From NCBI GenBank assembly GCA_963422375.2, contig OY729427.2, positions 1 to 64,000 of the forward strand: 64,000 bases of DNA, read 5' to 3'. Below, piece after piece: positions 18,563 through 27,442 of this stretch. How positions within the stretch are numbered: the stretch's first letter is position 1; each line of letters starts with the position of its first letter. The DNA comes from Bryobacterales bacterium. GTDB taxonomy: Bacteria; Acidobacteriota; Terriglobia; Bryobacterales; UBA6623. The position numbers and the translations under genes are program-made. The notes below the pieces were generated by a model. That model had not been told where the DNA came from. It saw only the letters and a program-made list of their open reading frames with translations, and ran no database searches.

Positions 18563-20106
18563 GCCACCGCCAGCCTCTCGAAGCGGATCTTCCGCGGGCC
18601 CCGGGGCAGGCGCGTGGCCGCCCCGAGGGCCTGCACCAGGGCCACCGCCCCGTCGATGCGCCCCGTCGCGCGACGCTTGTCGAAGCGCCGGTCGGCGGGC
18701 TCGAGGGAGCTGGGCACGCAGACCGCGTTGCCCGCGCACCACGTCAGCAGCGGGTTGCGCGCGACCCGCAGGCGGCCCTCGAGCAGGGCCGCCTCGGTCT
18801 CCTCGATCGAGCCCGGCATCCACATGCCCGTCTCGGAGGACTTGGCGAAGCCCTGCCCGTGCGGAGCCAGCGGCACGCGCTGCCCGATCCTGTCCAGCTC
18901 GTGCCGCAGCAGCTCGACCTTGTGCCGGTCGTAGGCGATCTCGCGCACGCGGTACAGCTCGCACAGGCCCGCCAGCTCGCGGGCCACGCGGGCGTAGTCG
19001 ACCACCGGGCCCGGCGGCGCCCGCAGGAAGCCCTCGCGCCGCCAGGCGTCGTAGGGCGCCCCGTCGGTCTCGCAGGCCTCGGCCACGCGGTCGCCCGGCA
19101 TCCAGTGCCAAGCGAACGCGTCCCAGCGCCGCGCGCCGGCCTCGAAGGCCAGCACCAGCGCCGTCAGATCCTTGGTCAGGGAGAGGTCCAGCCCGCCCCA
19201 GCACGGCCGGCCCGCGTAGCCCGCGAGGTCCAGGTCCGCCTGGGCGGAGCGCCACAGAGCCGCCGTCAGCCAGCTCTCGGCCTTGTCCGCGACGCGCTGG
19301 TTGAGGATCAGGTTGCGGTAGGCCGCCTCGCGGCTGGGCATGCGCCGGGCCCGCTCCGCGAGCTGCCGCACCTGGCCGGCCACGAGGAAGTCGCGGTAGG
19401 CCGGGCAGGCCTGCCGCATGGCCTTCGCGCCGAACGGGTCCAGTTCCGGATCGGCCGTCCACAGCGCCAGCACGGTATGCGGGTCGTGCCCGGCCGCGGC
19501 GTCGTCGATCAGCTGCGAGAGCAGGTCCTCGTCGCGCCGCGCCTGCGTCGAGATGATCACCGTGAGGGGCTCCTCGTGCGCCCCGACGGCCGTCTCGAGG
19601 GCGTCGTAGAGCTCCGACCGCGGCCCGCGCACCTGGCCCAGCTCGTCGTGCACGACGAACGTCGGGCTGATGCCGTAGGACGTCCTCGCCTCCGCCGAGA
19701 GGGCCCGGTAGACCGTGCCCAGCTCGGGGCAGAGCAGCTGCTTGGCCGTCTCGCGGGCGCGCACGTGGCCCGCCAGGTCCGGCGAGAGCCGCACCATCTT
19801 CGCGGCCAGCCCGTACAGCAGGGCGGCCTGGTCCCGCGACTGGGCCGCCGAGTAGAGCTGCGCGTTGGGCCGGGCCTCGGGCCCGGCCAGGTGCAGCAGG
19901 AGCAGGCAGGCCAGCAGGGTGGTCTTGCCGTTCTTGCGGCCCATCGACACGATCGCCGTGCGCGTGCCGGCGGCGTTGTCGTAGATCAGGCGCAGGATGC
20001 GGCGCTGGAACGGCCGCAGCTTCAGCGCGCGGCCCACGTCCCGGCCCTCGGGCACGCGGCAGTAGCGCTCGATCCAGCGGGCGTTGCGCGTCGAGCGCTT
20101 CAGCAC
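18559..20106 (-). CDS. terL: Terminase large subunit
   Basis: Walker A GRKNGKT, Walker B VVHDELG, IIST, GLDLSLTKDLTA, RIDGAVAL. Confidence 0.95.
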   Translation of the reverse strand: MLKRSTRNARWIERYCRVPEGRDVGRALKLRPFQRRILRLIYDNAAGTRTAIVSMGRKNGKTTLLACLLLLHLAGPEARPNAQLYSAAQSRDQAALLYGLAAKMVRLSPDLAGHVRARETAKQLLCPELGTVYRALSAEARTSYGISPTFVVHDELGQVRGPRSELYDALETAVGAHEEPLTVIISTQARRDEDLLSQLIDDAAAGHDPHTVLALWTADPELDPFGAKAMRQACPAYRDFLVAGQVRQLAERARRMPSREAAYRNLILNQRVADKAESWLTAALWRSAQADLDLAGYAGRPCWGGLDLSLTKDLTALVLAFEAGARRWDAFAWHWMPGDRVAEACETDGAPYDAWRREGFLRAPPGPVVDYARVARELAGLCELYRVREIAYDRHKVELLRHELDRIGQRVPLAPHGQGFAKSSETGMWMPGSIEETEAALLEGRLRVARNPLLTWCAGNAVCVPSSLEPADRRFDKRRATGRIDGAVALVQALGAATRLPRGPRKIRFERLAVA

Positions 20107-20528
20107 TCCCACGGCTTGCTCCCGCGCGCGACGGCCGGATTGCCGCGCTGGTTGATCGTGGCCTGCTGCGAGATGCGCATCTTCGTGGCCAGGCTGGCCA
20201 CGGCCCGCGTCTCGCGCTCGCGCAGGCGCAGCAGGCGCTCGTACTCGTCGAGGCTCGCGCCCCCGCCTCCGAGGCCCTCGCTCTCGGCCAGCGCGATCCA
20301 CGCCGCGATGCGCCGCGCCGAGGCCACGTGGCCGCAGTACTGCTCCAGCAGCGCGATCGACGGGCCCGAGAACCACTCCGCGGGCATGCCGTCGACCACC
20401 TCGGCCCACGCGGCCCGCTCGGACGCGCTCAGCCGCTCCGGGGGCGGCTGGCGCTCGAGCACCTGGATCGCGCCCGCGTCGGGCGCGGGGAGCCGGGCCG
20501 CCGGCTTGCGGCCGCGCTGGTTGTCCAA
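20100..20528 (-). CDS. terS: Terminase small subunit (P27-like)
   Basis: RGRKP...PPERLS...W...LLEQYC...LATKMRISQQA; overlaps terL. Confidence 0.8.
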   Translation of the reverse strand: MDNQRGRKPAARLPAPDAGAIQVLERQPPPERLSASERAAWAEVVDGMPAEWFSGPSIALLEQYCGHVASARRIAAWIALAESEGLGGGGASLDEYERLLRLRERETRAVASLATKMRISQQATINQRGNPAVARGSKPWEC

Positions 20529-20538
20529 TGCGAAATTC

Positions 20539-20955
20539 CTACGCTTTAGCGATTTTTTTCGCCCGAATCCGGTCTCGGGGCGGGCGGGCGGGGTTTTCGC
20601 CCCCCCTACCCCCCTGCCGGTTGGCCGGGTGCCGCGGGTCCGCCGGCCAGCCGTCCGGACCCGGCCCGGCCGCGTAGCCGCGGCGCTCCTCGCGCTGCTT
20701 GCGCGAGTCGTGGCACGGCCGGCACAGCGGCTGCCAGTTGGCCGGGTCCCAGAACAGGGCCCGGTCGCCCCGGTGGGGCCGCACGTGATCGACCACCGCG
20801 GCCGCCCGCGCGCGCCCCGCCCGCGCGCACGGCCGGCACAGCGGATGCAGGCGCAGGTAGCCGGCGCGGGCCAGGCGCCAGCGGTGCCCGTAGCCCCGGC
20901 TCGCCGACGAGCCGCGCCGGCCCGGGCGCTCCCCGGCCGGCTTCCGCGACAGCAT
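20539..20955 (-). CDS. Terminase-associated HNH endonuclease (HK97 gp74-like)
   Basis: RGYGHRW, HPLCxxC, VVDHVRPHRGD..LFWD..NWQPLCxxCH. Confidence 0.92.
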   Translation of the reverse strand: MLSRKPAGERPGRRGSSASRGYGHRWRLARAGYLRLHPLCRPCARAGRARAAAVVDHVRPHRGDRALFWDPANWQPLCRPCHDSRKQREERRGYAAGPGPDGWPADPRHPANRQGGRGGENPARPPRDRIRAKKIAKA

Positions 20956-21016
20956 TCCGCTCAGGTTCCCTGACTGTTCCCTTGTAAGATTTTCTGGCAG
21001 ATCCGCGCTAAAGGCG

Positions 21017-21274
21017 CTAAAGGCGGGCGAAGCGGTGCTGCCAGACCGTGCCGCCGCTCCCGAGCCGCTCGCGGTAGACCGTGCGCCAGCCGGCGGTCCG
21101 GCCGGGCAGCCCCTTCGCGCCCGGGTGGCGGATCTCGAGGTAGCGCACCACCTTGCGCCGCGGCCGAGCCACGCTGCCGCATGCGATCAGGCGCAGCGCC
21201 TCCTCGGCTCGCAGGGCGCGCATGCGCATGCCCCCGCAGTACAGGAGCACGGGTTCGGCGAATCGGTATTCCAT
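21017..21274 (-). CDS. Small basic hypothetical protein, first gene of the cluster
   Basis: 85 aa MEYRFAEPVLLYCGG...WQHRFARL, co-oriented with the operon. Confidence 0.5.
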   Translation of the reverse strand: MEYRFAEPVLLYCGGMRMRALRAEEALRLIACGSVARPRRKVVRYLEIRHPGAKGLPGRTAGWRTVYRERLGSGGTVWQHRFARL

Positions 21275-21371
21275 CCCTCGGCATGGCAGCGGGGCCGGGT
21301 CGGCTCGCGCCCGGCCGGGCGCCGAGGGAAGGCGCACGGGGGGCGCGGCGTTCCCGGCTACGGTTGTTTTT

Positions 21372-21388
21372 GGACGGTCGGACCGTCC
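21372..21388. promoter_or_regulatory. Perfect 8-1-8 palindrome GGACGGTC-G-GACCGTCC (operator-like)
   Basis: Seen directly, about 100 bp upstream of the first cluster gene. A TACCAT -10-like hexamer lies on the minus strand at 21435-21440. Confidence 0.45.
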
Positions 21389-21567
21389 GGCCCGCCAGGA
21401 GTCGGGCCGCCGCCTGCGAAGGGCGGCTGAATCCATGGTACACCATCGGACCGGCACGCGAGCCGCGAGCCCCGTTGCGGATCGTATCCGTGCCGCCGCG
21501 AGCCGCGAGAGGCCGCTCGCGCTTCGAACCCGTTAAGGGATCGCGGCAATCTCGCCCGGATCCGCCT

Positions 21568-21604
21568 CTCCCGGGTCCTCCCCCGGGTCCTCCCCCGGGT
21601 CCCC
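21568..21604. repeat. 12-bp tandem repeat (CCCGGGTCCTCC) x~3
   Basis: Seen directly. Confidence 0.8.
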
Positions 21605-22086
21605 GATCCGGCCGCCTCTCGCCTCGCCCGCTCCCTGTCTCCCGGCTCCCTGCGCCTCCCCTTCGCGCCCCGAGGCCCTCTAACTTGGATGGTGAGGGTG
21701 GAGCGAAGCGCAGGGGGGGCTTGGCCTAAGCGCGCCCCCCCTGCGAAGCAGAACTCGGCGTGGAGCCGGGCGTCGCTTCGCTCCCGCGCCTCGGATCTTC
21801 GGCGGCGCGGAGCCTGTACCTCTTGCCTGCAGCCCGGATTAGCGGCCCGGCCCCTTCCGCTCCCGGCGATTGCGCCGCGGAAGGGGCCTGGTCACCGGCC
21901 CTGACGACCCTGCAGGGGGCTTGCAAGCTGCGGTTTCCACGGTTTTCTCTCCGCTTCGGGAAGGCGACCCATGACAGATCCCCGGCCGTCCCGCTGCTTG
22001 CCCGGCGCGATAGCCGGCGGCTGCCCGCTTGGAGCCGCTCGCCCTCGCGGGCGAGGAAATCTACTGGCCGTCCGCGGCCCCGGGGG

Positions 22087-22140
22087 CGTGGACGGAACGT
22101 GGACAAAATCCGCTCGCGTGGACGCTCTGTGGACAGAATG
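22087..22140. repeat. Four GTGGAC direct repeats as two 11-bp-spaced pairs (30-bp period); resembles integrase arm-type sites
   Basis: GTGGAC at 22088, 22099, 22118 and 22129. Confidence 0.6.
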
Positions 22141-22260
22141 CGCCGCGAACAGCGCTTTCCCCTCGCGTCCCGCGCGCAGCGGCGTCCTGCCGCAAGTCGT
22201 TGTGGCTAATGGATTTGCCAGTCGGTACCGGCGGCGGAGGGCCGACGGACGGAGCGGAGG

Positions 22261-22968
22261 TCGCTGTTCGATCCGAACTACACCTATGCATGGAACTGGG
22301 CGCACTTCCGGGGCGACATGACCTGCTGCACCGGTGGCAACGATCCCCAGACCGTCTGGAGTCCCTCGCGCGCCCAGGTTTACGACATGAAGCTGAACCG
22401 CTCGCCGACCCGCTACCACATCCGCCATCGATTCACAACGGACTTCCACTACGAGATCGCGGTCCCCGGCGGGGTTTCCGGCGCCGCCCGCCACGTTCTG
22501 GGCGGCTGGAGCCTCGCAGGGATCTTCGAGGCGAGAACCGGCACGCCGCTGCGGATCACGCAGGGCGGCACGCAGTCGCCGGGCCAGCGTCCCGACATCG
22601 TGGCAAGCAGCCACGGCGCCGCCATCCTGCCCGGATACCGGAACTCCCGGGACGGACGTTACCAGTACCTTGACAGGGGCGCCTTCAGCCTCGTGGAGAC
22701 GGACGAGTACCGCATCGCGCTGCGGCCGGGCACCCTCGCGCGCTACGCCATCTACGGCCCCGGCCTGTGGAATCTGGATGCGGCGATCGTCAAGAGGATC
22801 GAGGTCGGCGAGTCCCAGCGGCTCCAGTTCCGGATCGACCTGCTCAACGCACTCAATCACACGGTGCTCGGCGGCATCCAGACCAACTCCGCCTCGGGCA
22901 CGTTCGGACGGCTCCGCAGCTCGCTCGACGGCCGTAAGATGCAGCTAACGGCGCGCTACGAGTTCTAG
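22261..22968 (+). pseudogene. C-terminal fragment of a TonB-dependent receptor
   Basis: NYTY...GGWSLAGI...GPGLWNLD...LQFRIDLLNALNH...MQLTARYEF; in-frame stop at 22207 and no N-terminal domains. Confidence 0.85.
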
Positions 22969-22988
22969 GTCGCACCCGGTCTTCCGGC

Positions 22989-23018
22989 GGGGCCTGCCGG
23001 ACCGCGGCAGGCCCCTTT
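22989..23018 (+). terminator. Rho-independent terminator-like hairpin
   Basis: GGGGCCTGCCG-loop-CGGCAGGCCCC-TTT downstream of the receptor stop. Confidence 0.55.
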
Positions 23019-23276
23019 GACCTGACAGGTGCGAGCGCGGAGCCTTGGGGCTCTCGCCGGACGGGGCGTCGCATCGGGCGAACCGCGCACCGAGACGGCC
23101 AGCGGGAGCGCTGCCAAGCCGTCCTGCCGACGCGCTGATTCCTGTCCTCGAGATTCTGGAAGCACTGTCCGCCCGTATGGCGTCTACGATGGATGCGCAC
23201 GTGTCGGGCCGGCGGTGCTAGGTTCGAGCGCGCCGGTCGGCTCTCGACCCGGCACGGGCCAGTCGCGCCAGCAGCC

Positions 23277-24224
23277 ATGAATCGGCGCGCTCGCCCCAAG
23301 ATCTCGTTCGCCGCCGCGACGCTGCTCGCGACCGCCTCTTTCGCCGGGACCGCTGCGGCGCAGGGCTACCGGATCGAGACCCTGCTTGGGGACTTCAACC
23401 CTTCGGAGGAAGTCGCCCCTGCAAGCGCCTGGACAATCCGACCGACCTCGATCACCTGCGACTCCGCCGACAACGTCTACTTCGTCGAGAGCGGCACGCA
23501 CCGCGTTCGGAAGGTCAACCATGCCGGGCGGGTCAGCACGGTCGCCGCCAACGGGCTTTCCGGGTTCAGCGGAGACGGCGGTCCGACCCGTGGAACGACC
23601 GGGTTTGCAAGATCGATGCCGGAGGAACCATCACAACCATTGCCGGAGCGGGCGAGGAGGGTGCCGGCCGCGACGTAGGACCGGCCGTAGCGGCCCAGCT
23701 CGAACGGCCTCAAGACCTAGCAATCGACCAGTCCGGGAACCTCTACATCGCGGATACCGCAATTCATCGATACCGCAATTCATCGCCTCCGACGGGCGGC
23801 CCCCGGGGCGTAATCGCGACTATCGCCGGCAGCGGCGAGGAGGGCTTCAGCGGCGACGGAGGCCCCGCCACCGATGCCGAGTTGAACGAGCCCAGCGGAG
23901 TGGCAGTCGGTTCGGACAGCAACGTCTACATCTTCGACATGCCGAACAGGGTCGTCCGCAGGGTGGATCCGGCGGGCACGATCACAACCGTCGCCGGTGA
24001 CCTGCGAGGTCACGGCCTGGTGCGCAGCCCGGCGACCTCCTTCTTCTTGCCGTTCCCGAGCGCAGTTGCGACGGGCCCGCGGGGCGGGCTACGAGGGAGT
24101 CGACTAGCTCATCCTCGGCCCGTTGCCCCGCAGGGTCCCTCGCACGGTGGTCGGCTCGGAACTCACGATTGTCGCAACCGTCGACGGCCAGGTGTCCAAC
24201 GCGGTGACGATCACCCTGGGCTAG
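23277..24224 (+). pseudogene. NHL-repeat secreted protein with Solibacter-type C-terminal motif, fragmented
   Basis: Signal peptide; GFSGDGGP/AELNEP NHL motifs in shifting frames; short duplication at ~23753-23785; ends VDGQVSNAVTITLG*. Confidence 0.8.
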
Positions 24225-24482
24225 CGCCGCGTCCAGCGGGCTGCCCGCGCCCTTCGAAGCAGTGGGCACCCGCCGGTTCCCGTGGTGCCGACCACCGGCC
24301 CTCGCGACGCGGGCGCCAAGCAACATCCGCGGAGGCCGGATCCCCGACTGTTCTTCAGCTGGGGTGATCGCGGATCGTCAGCTTCCGGAGGGGCCGATTG
24401 TCTGTCCAGTCCGGAGGCTGCCCGCTCGCCGACGGCACCGCCACCAGAAGGCACCGCACGATCGCGGCCCGCGCTACCGAGA

Positions 24483-27275
24483 TCAAGGTACTCTTACCCA
24501 GATGGGACTCGACCAAGCCATCTGTCCGTCGGCCTGCTGCACGCGCACGTAGTAATGCCGGTCTCCCGACGGCGGCTCCTGGTCCGCGAAGGTGAATTGC
24601 AGGTCGTCGCCCTGATTCTGCAGGGTGTAAACGAAATCCTGCCCGCGGATCACGTCAACCTGCCTGACCGGCGCGGTCCCTAGGATCCTCACCCTCAACT
24701 CGAACTCGCTGTGGCTTCCCGGAACCTCGTCGCCTTGGATGTACTCCCTGCCCCCGGCGCGCATGCGGTAGTCCAGCACGATGTTGTCGGTGGCCGCGTA
24801 GTTGTGCCGTCGGCGCATCGCGTCGAGTAGCCCTTCGCGGGTGAACTCCTCGGCGATCGTGCAGGAGTAGGAGATGTGCGTAGAGAGGTGGTCCGAACTG
24901 GCCTGTACGCCAATCCGGTACCCCTTGGCCCAGGCGTTCCAGACGTAGCCCTTGGGACGGAAGCCACCGGCTTGGTTCGTCACGTCCAGTTCCGTCGCGG
25001 CCTTGGGAGCGCCTTCGTATTCCGCGGACACCCGGTCGCCTTGGTAGATCTCGACCAACGGCTCCACCTCCGGGTCGTTGTCCCGCCAGTCCGTTCCCAT
25101 GCCTGTCGCCGGAGTGTGCGGGATGGAAATCCCGTCGTAGCGCTTGAGATATTCGAACAGGCCCGCTTGGGCCGTAGAGGTCTCTCGCTCGCCCGGCTGG
25201 TCGGGGAAGGTCGGGTTGCCGCGATTGGCGAAGAAGACGTTGCGGTGCCCGTTGGGATAGCCGACGCCGCGCTCGTACCCGAACAGCGGCACGAACCGGC
25301 CCGGCACGTGGAACACGTCGACCCGCTGCTGCAGCAGCCAGTTGATGTACTCGATGTTCGGACCGCCGCTGTTATGGTGCTCGCTCATGCCGAGGTAGTC
25401 GAGCTCGGCCACGTTCAGGGCGTAGCGGTAGGTGTCGTTCTGCGCGCCGTCGTTGTTGCCGTCCCCCGAGTACTCCGTGTGCCGGTGCGTGTCGCCCCGG
25501 TAAATCCTATACGTTCTGCCCTCCGATTCGATAGCGTAGCCGCGGATGCGCGCCACGTCCTCGCTCTCGTTGGGATGCTTGTCGAAAATCCGCAGTTCGT
25601 CGCGGATCCTCGCCTTGAGCTCGGCGGGAAACACCGGAGTCTCCAGTGTCGGCAGGCGCGAGGCAAAGACCTCACCCTGCTCGTAGAAGTACTGGTCGTA
25701 GATGCGGTTGTCCGTGCTCCAGGCGGCGTATAGAGATCCGTCCGGCGCGGCGGAGAACCCGAAGCCGGCGTCCGAGCGCCCGGCGGTGGCCGGCAGCGGA
25801 AACGGAGTGCTCCATCCGCGGCCGTCGAAGGCCGTGGCGTACGTCTCCCACGAAGCGCGGTGGGACGCGGCGGTGTGCGGAACTTCCCTTTGCCGGAGGT
25901 GGCGATGCCGAAACAGCGCCCAGACGCGCCCGGCGCCGTCGGTCCGCAGGCGCGGAAAGTCGTTGAAGCCCCGCAGGTCGGCCGGCAGCGATTCCTCGAA
26001 GCCGCGCCTCGTCTCACGCCACTCGCCGGCGTCGTAGACCGCAGTCGCGACCCGCCTGGACTGGTAGAGCTGGGTGGCCGGCCGGTTCAGCAGGAATCCC
26101 GTGTCCTTGCCCCATTGCAGCCCGCTCTCGTTCCAAGCCGCCCAGAGCCGGTCCTCGGAATCGCACGTCAGGGACGGGTAGGCCTCGTAGCGCAGCGTGT
26201 CGGCGACGGGCTCGACCTCGGACCAGCGCCCGGCGGAGTGCCTGCGCATGCGGATGTCGAAATCGTCGTTTTCGTAGGTCTCCCACGCCACGTACACCGC
26301 GCCCTTGGAGTCGGCGGCGACTGCCGGGTGCCAGTCGTCGGCAGGCGACAGCGAAACGCGCGCCTCGGGCGACCAGGACGCGCCGTCCCAGGTCCGGGCC
26401 AGAATGTCGGACCGGCCTTCCCGGAACCCCTGCCAGACCAGCCAGACCCTGCCCGCCGCGTCCGCGGCCAGCGCGTGGTGGACATCGGGCTGCGGCGCGT
26501 CGGTGAGCCGCTCCCCGCGCGACCAAGAGCTCCCGTCGAAGACCGAAGCGAAGAGATCGAAGTTCCCGTCGCGCCGGTCCGCCCAGACCGCGAGCGGGCT
26601 CCCCTGCCCGTCGAGAGCCAGGCGCACGTAGTAGGCGTCCGACGGGCCGGAGGTTACTTCGTGCGTCTCGCCCCAGGCCTTCCCGTCGTGCCGCCGGGCG
26701 AAGACGCGATTGGCCCAGTCCCTGTAGCCGATCCAAGCGACCCAGAAGGCTCCGCCGCCCTCGGCCGCGATGTCGGCGAAGCCGTTGTGGTAGGACTGAT
26801 CCGAAACGGACGAGTAGCTGGCCGCCCGCTCCACGACCGCCGCCCCGCCGAGGTAGCCGCGCCGCGCGCCCGGAGGCTGGTCCGAGATCCGGAAGGACAG
26901 GTTTCCCGTGGCCGTCTGGATGTCGACGCGGGCATCGCCTGCGGATTCCACGGAAAGGACCAGGCCCGGAACGTTGAGATATGCAGGCACGGGGGCGGGC
27001 GGCTCGGGTTCCCAGTTGCGGTACCGGAACTTGACTCCGGGCGCGGTCGAGAGCTTCCAGGACGTCTCGCCGATCTCGTCCGCCGCGCGCGGCCGCCAGC
27101 TGCGCAGCCCCGCCAGCCGCCCCCCTGCCACGGTGACGGAGCCGTCCCATGCCGTGGGTTCGCGGTCGGTGAGGCCGAACCGGACCCGGAAGGCATGGAG
27201 TTCCGCGGAGGCGACGGAAGCCGCGCACGCGGCGAGAGCCGCGAGGGCGGCAAGGAGTCTTCGGCAGGCCGGCAT
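24483..27275 (-). CDS. Secreted protein with beta-propeller-like repeats and C-terminal PHP-like metallohydrolase domain (DUF3604/CehA-like)
   Basis: Signal peptide; RGDTHRHTEYSGDG, SEHH, GHRN, IPH, ASSDH, YYVRVQQ..AWSSPIWV. Confidence 0.8.
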   Translation of the reverse strand: MPACRRLLAALAALAACAASVASAELHAFRVRFGLTDREPTAWDGSVTVAGGRLAGLRSWRPRAADEIGETSWKLSTAPGVKFRYRNWEPEPPAPVPAYLNVPGLVLSVESAGDARVDIQTATGNLSFRISDQPPGARRGYLGGAAVVERAASYSSVSDQSYHNGFADIAAEGGGAFWVAWIGYRDWANRVFARRHDGKAWGETHEVTSGPSDAYYVRLALDGQGSPLAVWADRRDGNFDLFASVFDGSSWSRGERLTDAPQPDVHHALAADAAGRVWLVWQGFREGRSDILARTWDGASWSPEARVSLSPADDWHPAVAADSKGAVYVAWETYENDDFDIRMRRHSAGRWSEVEPVADTLRYEAYPSLTCDSEDRLWAAWNESGLQWGKDTGFLLNRPATQLYQSRRVATAVYDAGEWRETRRGFEESLPADLRGFNDFPRLRTDGAGRVWALFRHRHLRQREVPHTAASHRASWETYATAFDGRGWSTPFPLPATAGRSDAGFGFSAAPDGSLYAAWSTDNRIYDQYFYEQGEVFASRLPTLETPVFPAELKARIRDELRIFDKHPNESEDVARIRGYAIESEGRTYRIYRGDTHRHTEYSGDGNNDGAQNDTYRYALNVAELDYLGMSEHHNSGGPNIEYINWLLQQRVDVFHVPGRFVPLFGYERGVGYPNGHRNVFFANRGNPTFPDQPGERETSTAQAGLFEYLKRYDGISIPHTPATGMGTDWRDNDPEVEPLVEIYQGDRVSAEYEGAPKAATELDVTNQAGGFRPKGYVWNAWAKGYRIGVQASSDHLSTHISYSCTIAEEFTREGLLDAMRRRHNYAATDNIVLDYRMRAGGREYIQGDEVPGSHSEFELRVRILGTAPVRQVDVIRGQDFVYTLQNQGDDLQFTFADQEPPSGDRHYYVRVQQADGQMAWSSPIWVRVP

Positions 27276-27442
27276 GCCAACAAGGTTAGAACGCCCGGCG
27301 GAGCGTCTCAAGCGCGGGGGCGGCGGCCCGCGGGCGCCCGAGGCGGCTGGGACCCGGGCGCGCGGCATCCGGACAGCTGACCCGCCTATCCTGTGTTGTG
27401 GTGCCGGAGCGCCTTCGCGGCCGTTCGCACGGCGAGACGCCC

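Larger units (their letters stand above)
1..21274 (-). mobile_element. HK97-like siphovirus morphogenesis + lysis cluster (cryptic prophage or GTA-like element); left end beyond window
   Basis: About 30 co-oriented genes, many overlapping (ATGA/GTGA), in canonical packaging-head-connector-tail order. No sheath gene. No int/rep/repressor seen upstream. Confidence 0.92.

Noticed and set aside
153..20973. Very long plus-strand ORFs (153..3581, 6104..9301, 16903..20973 and others)
   Set aside because: Antisense shadows of real minus-strand genes in very GC-rich DNA; Arg/Pro/Gly-rich with no motifs.
1..21274. Tailocin or contractile injection system
   Set aside because: No sheath or baseplate wedge genes, and a full capsid and packaging module is present.
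21568..22140. CRISPR array or structured ncRNA/riboswitch in the intergenic region
   Set aside because: Repeats are short with no unique spacers or cas genes. I recognised no Rfam-type consensus; a covariance search would be needed.
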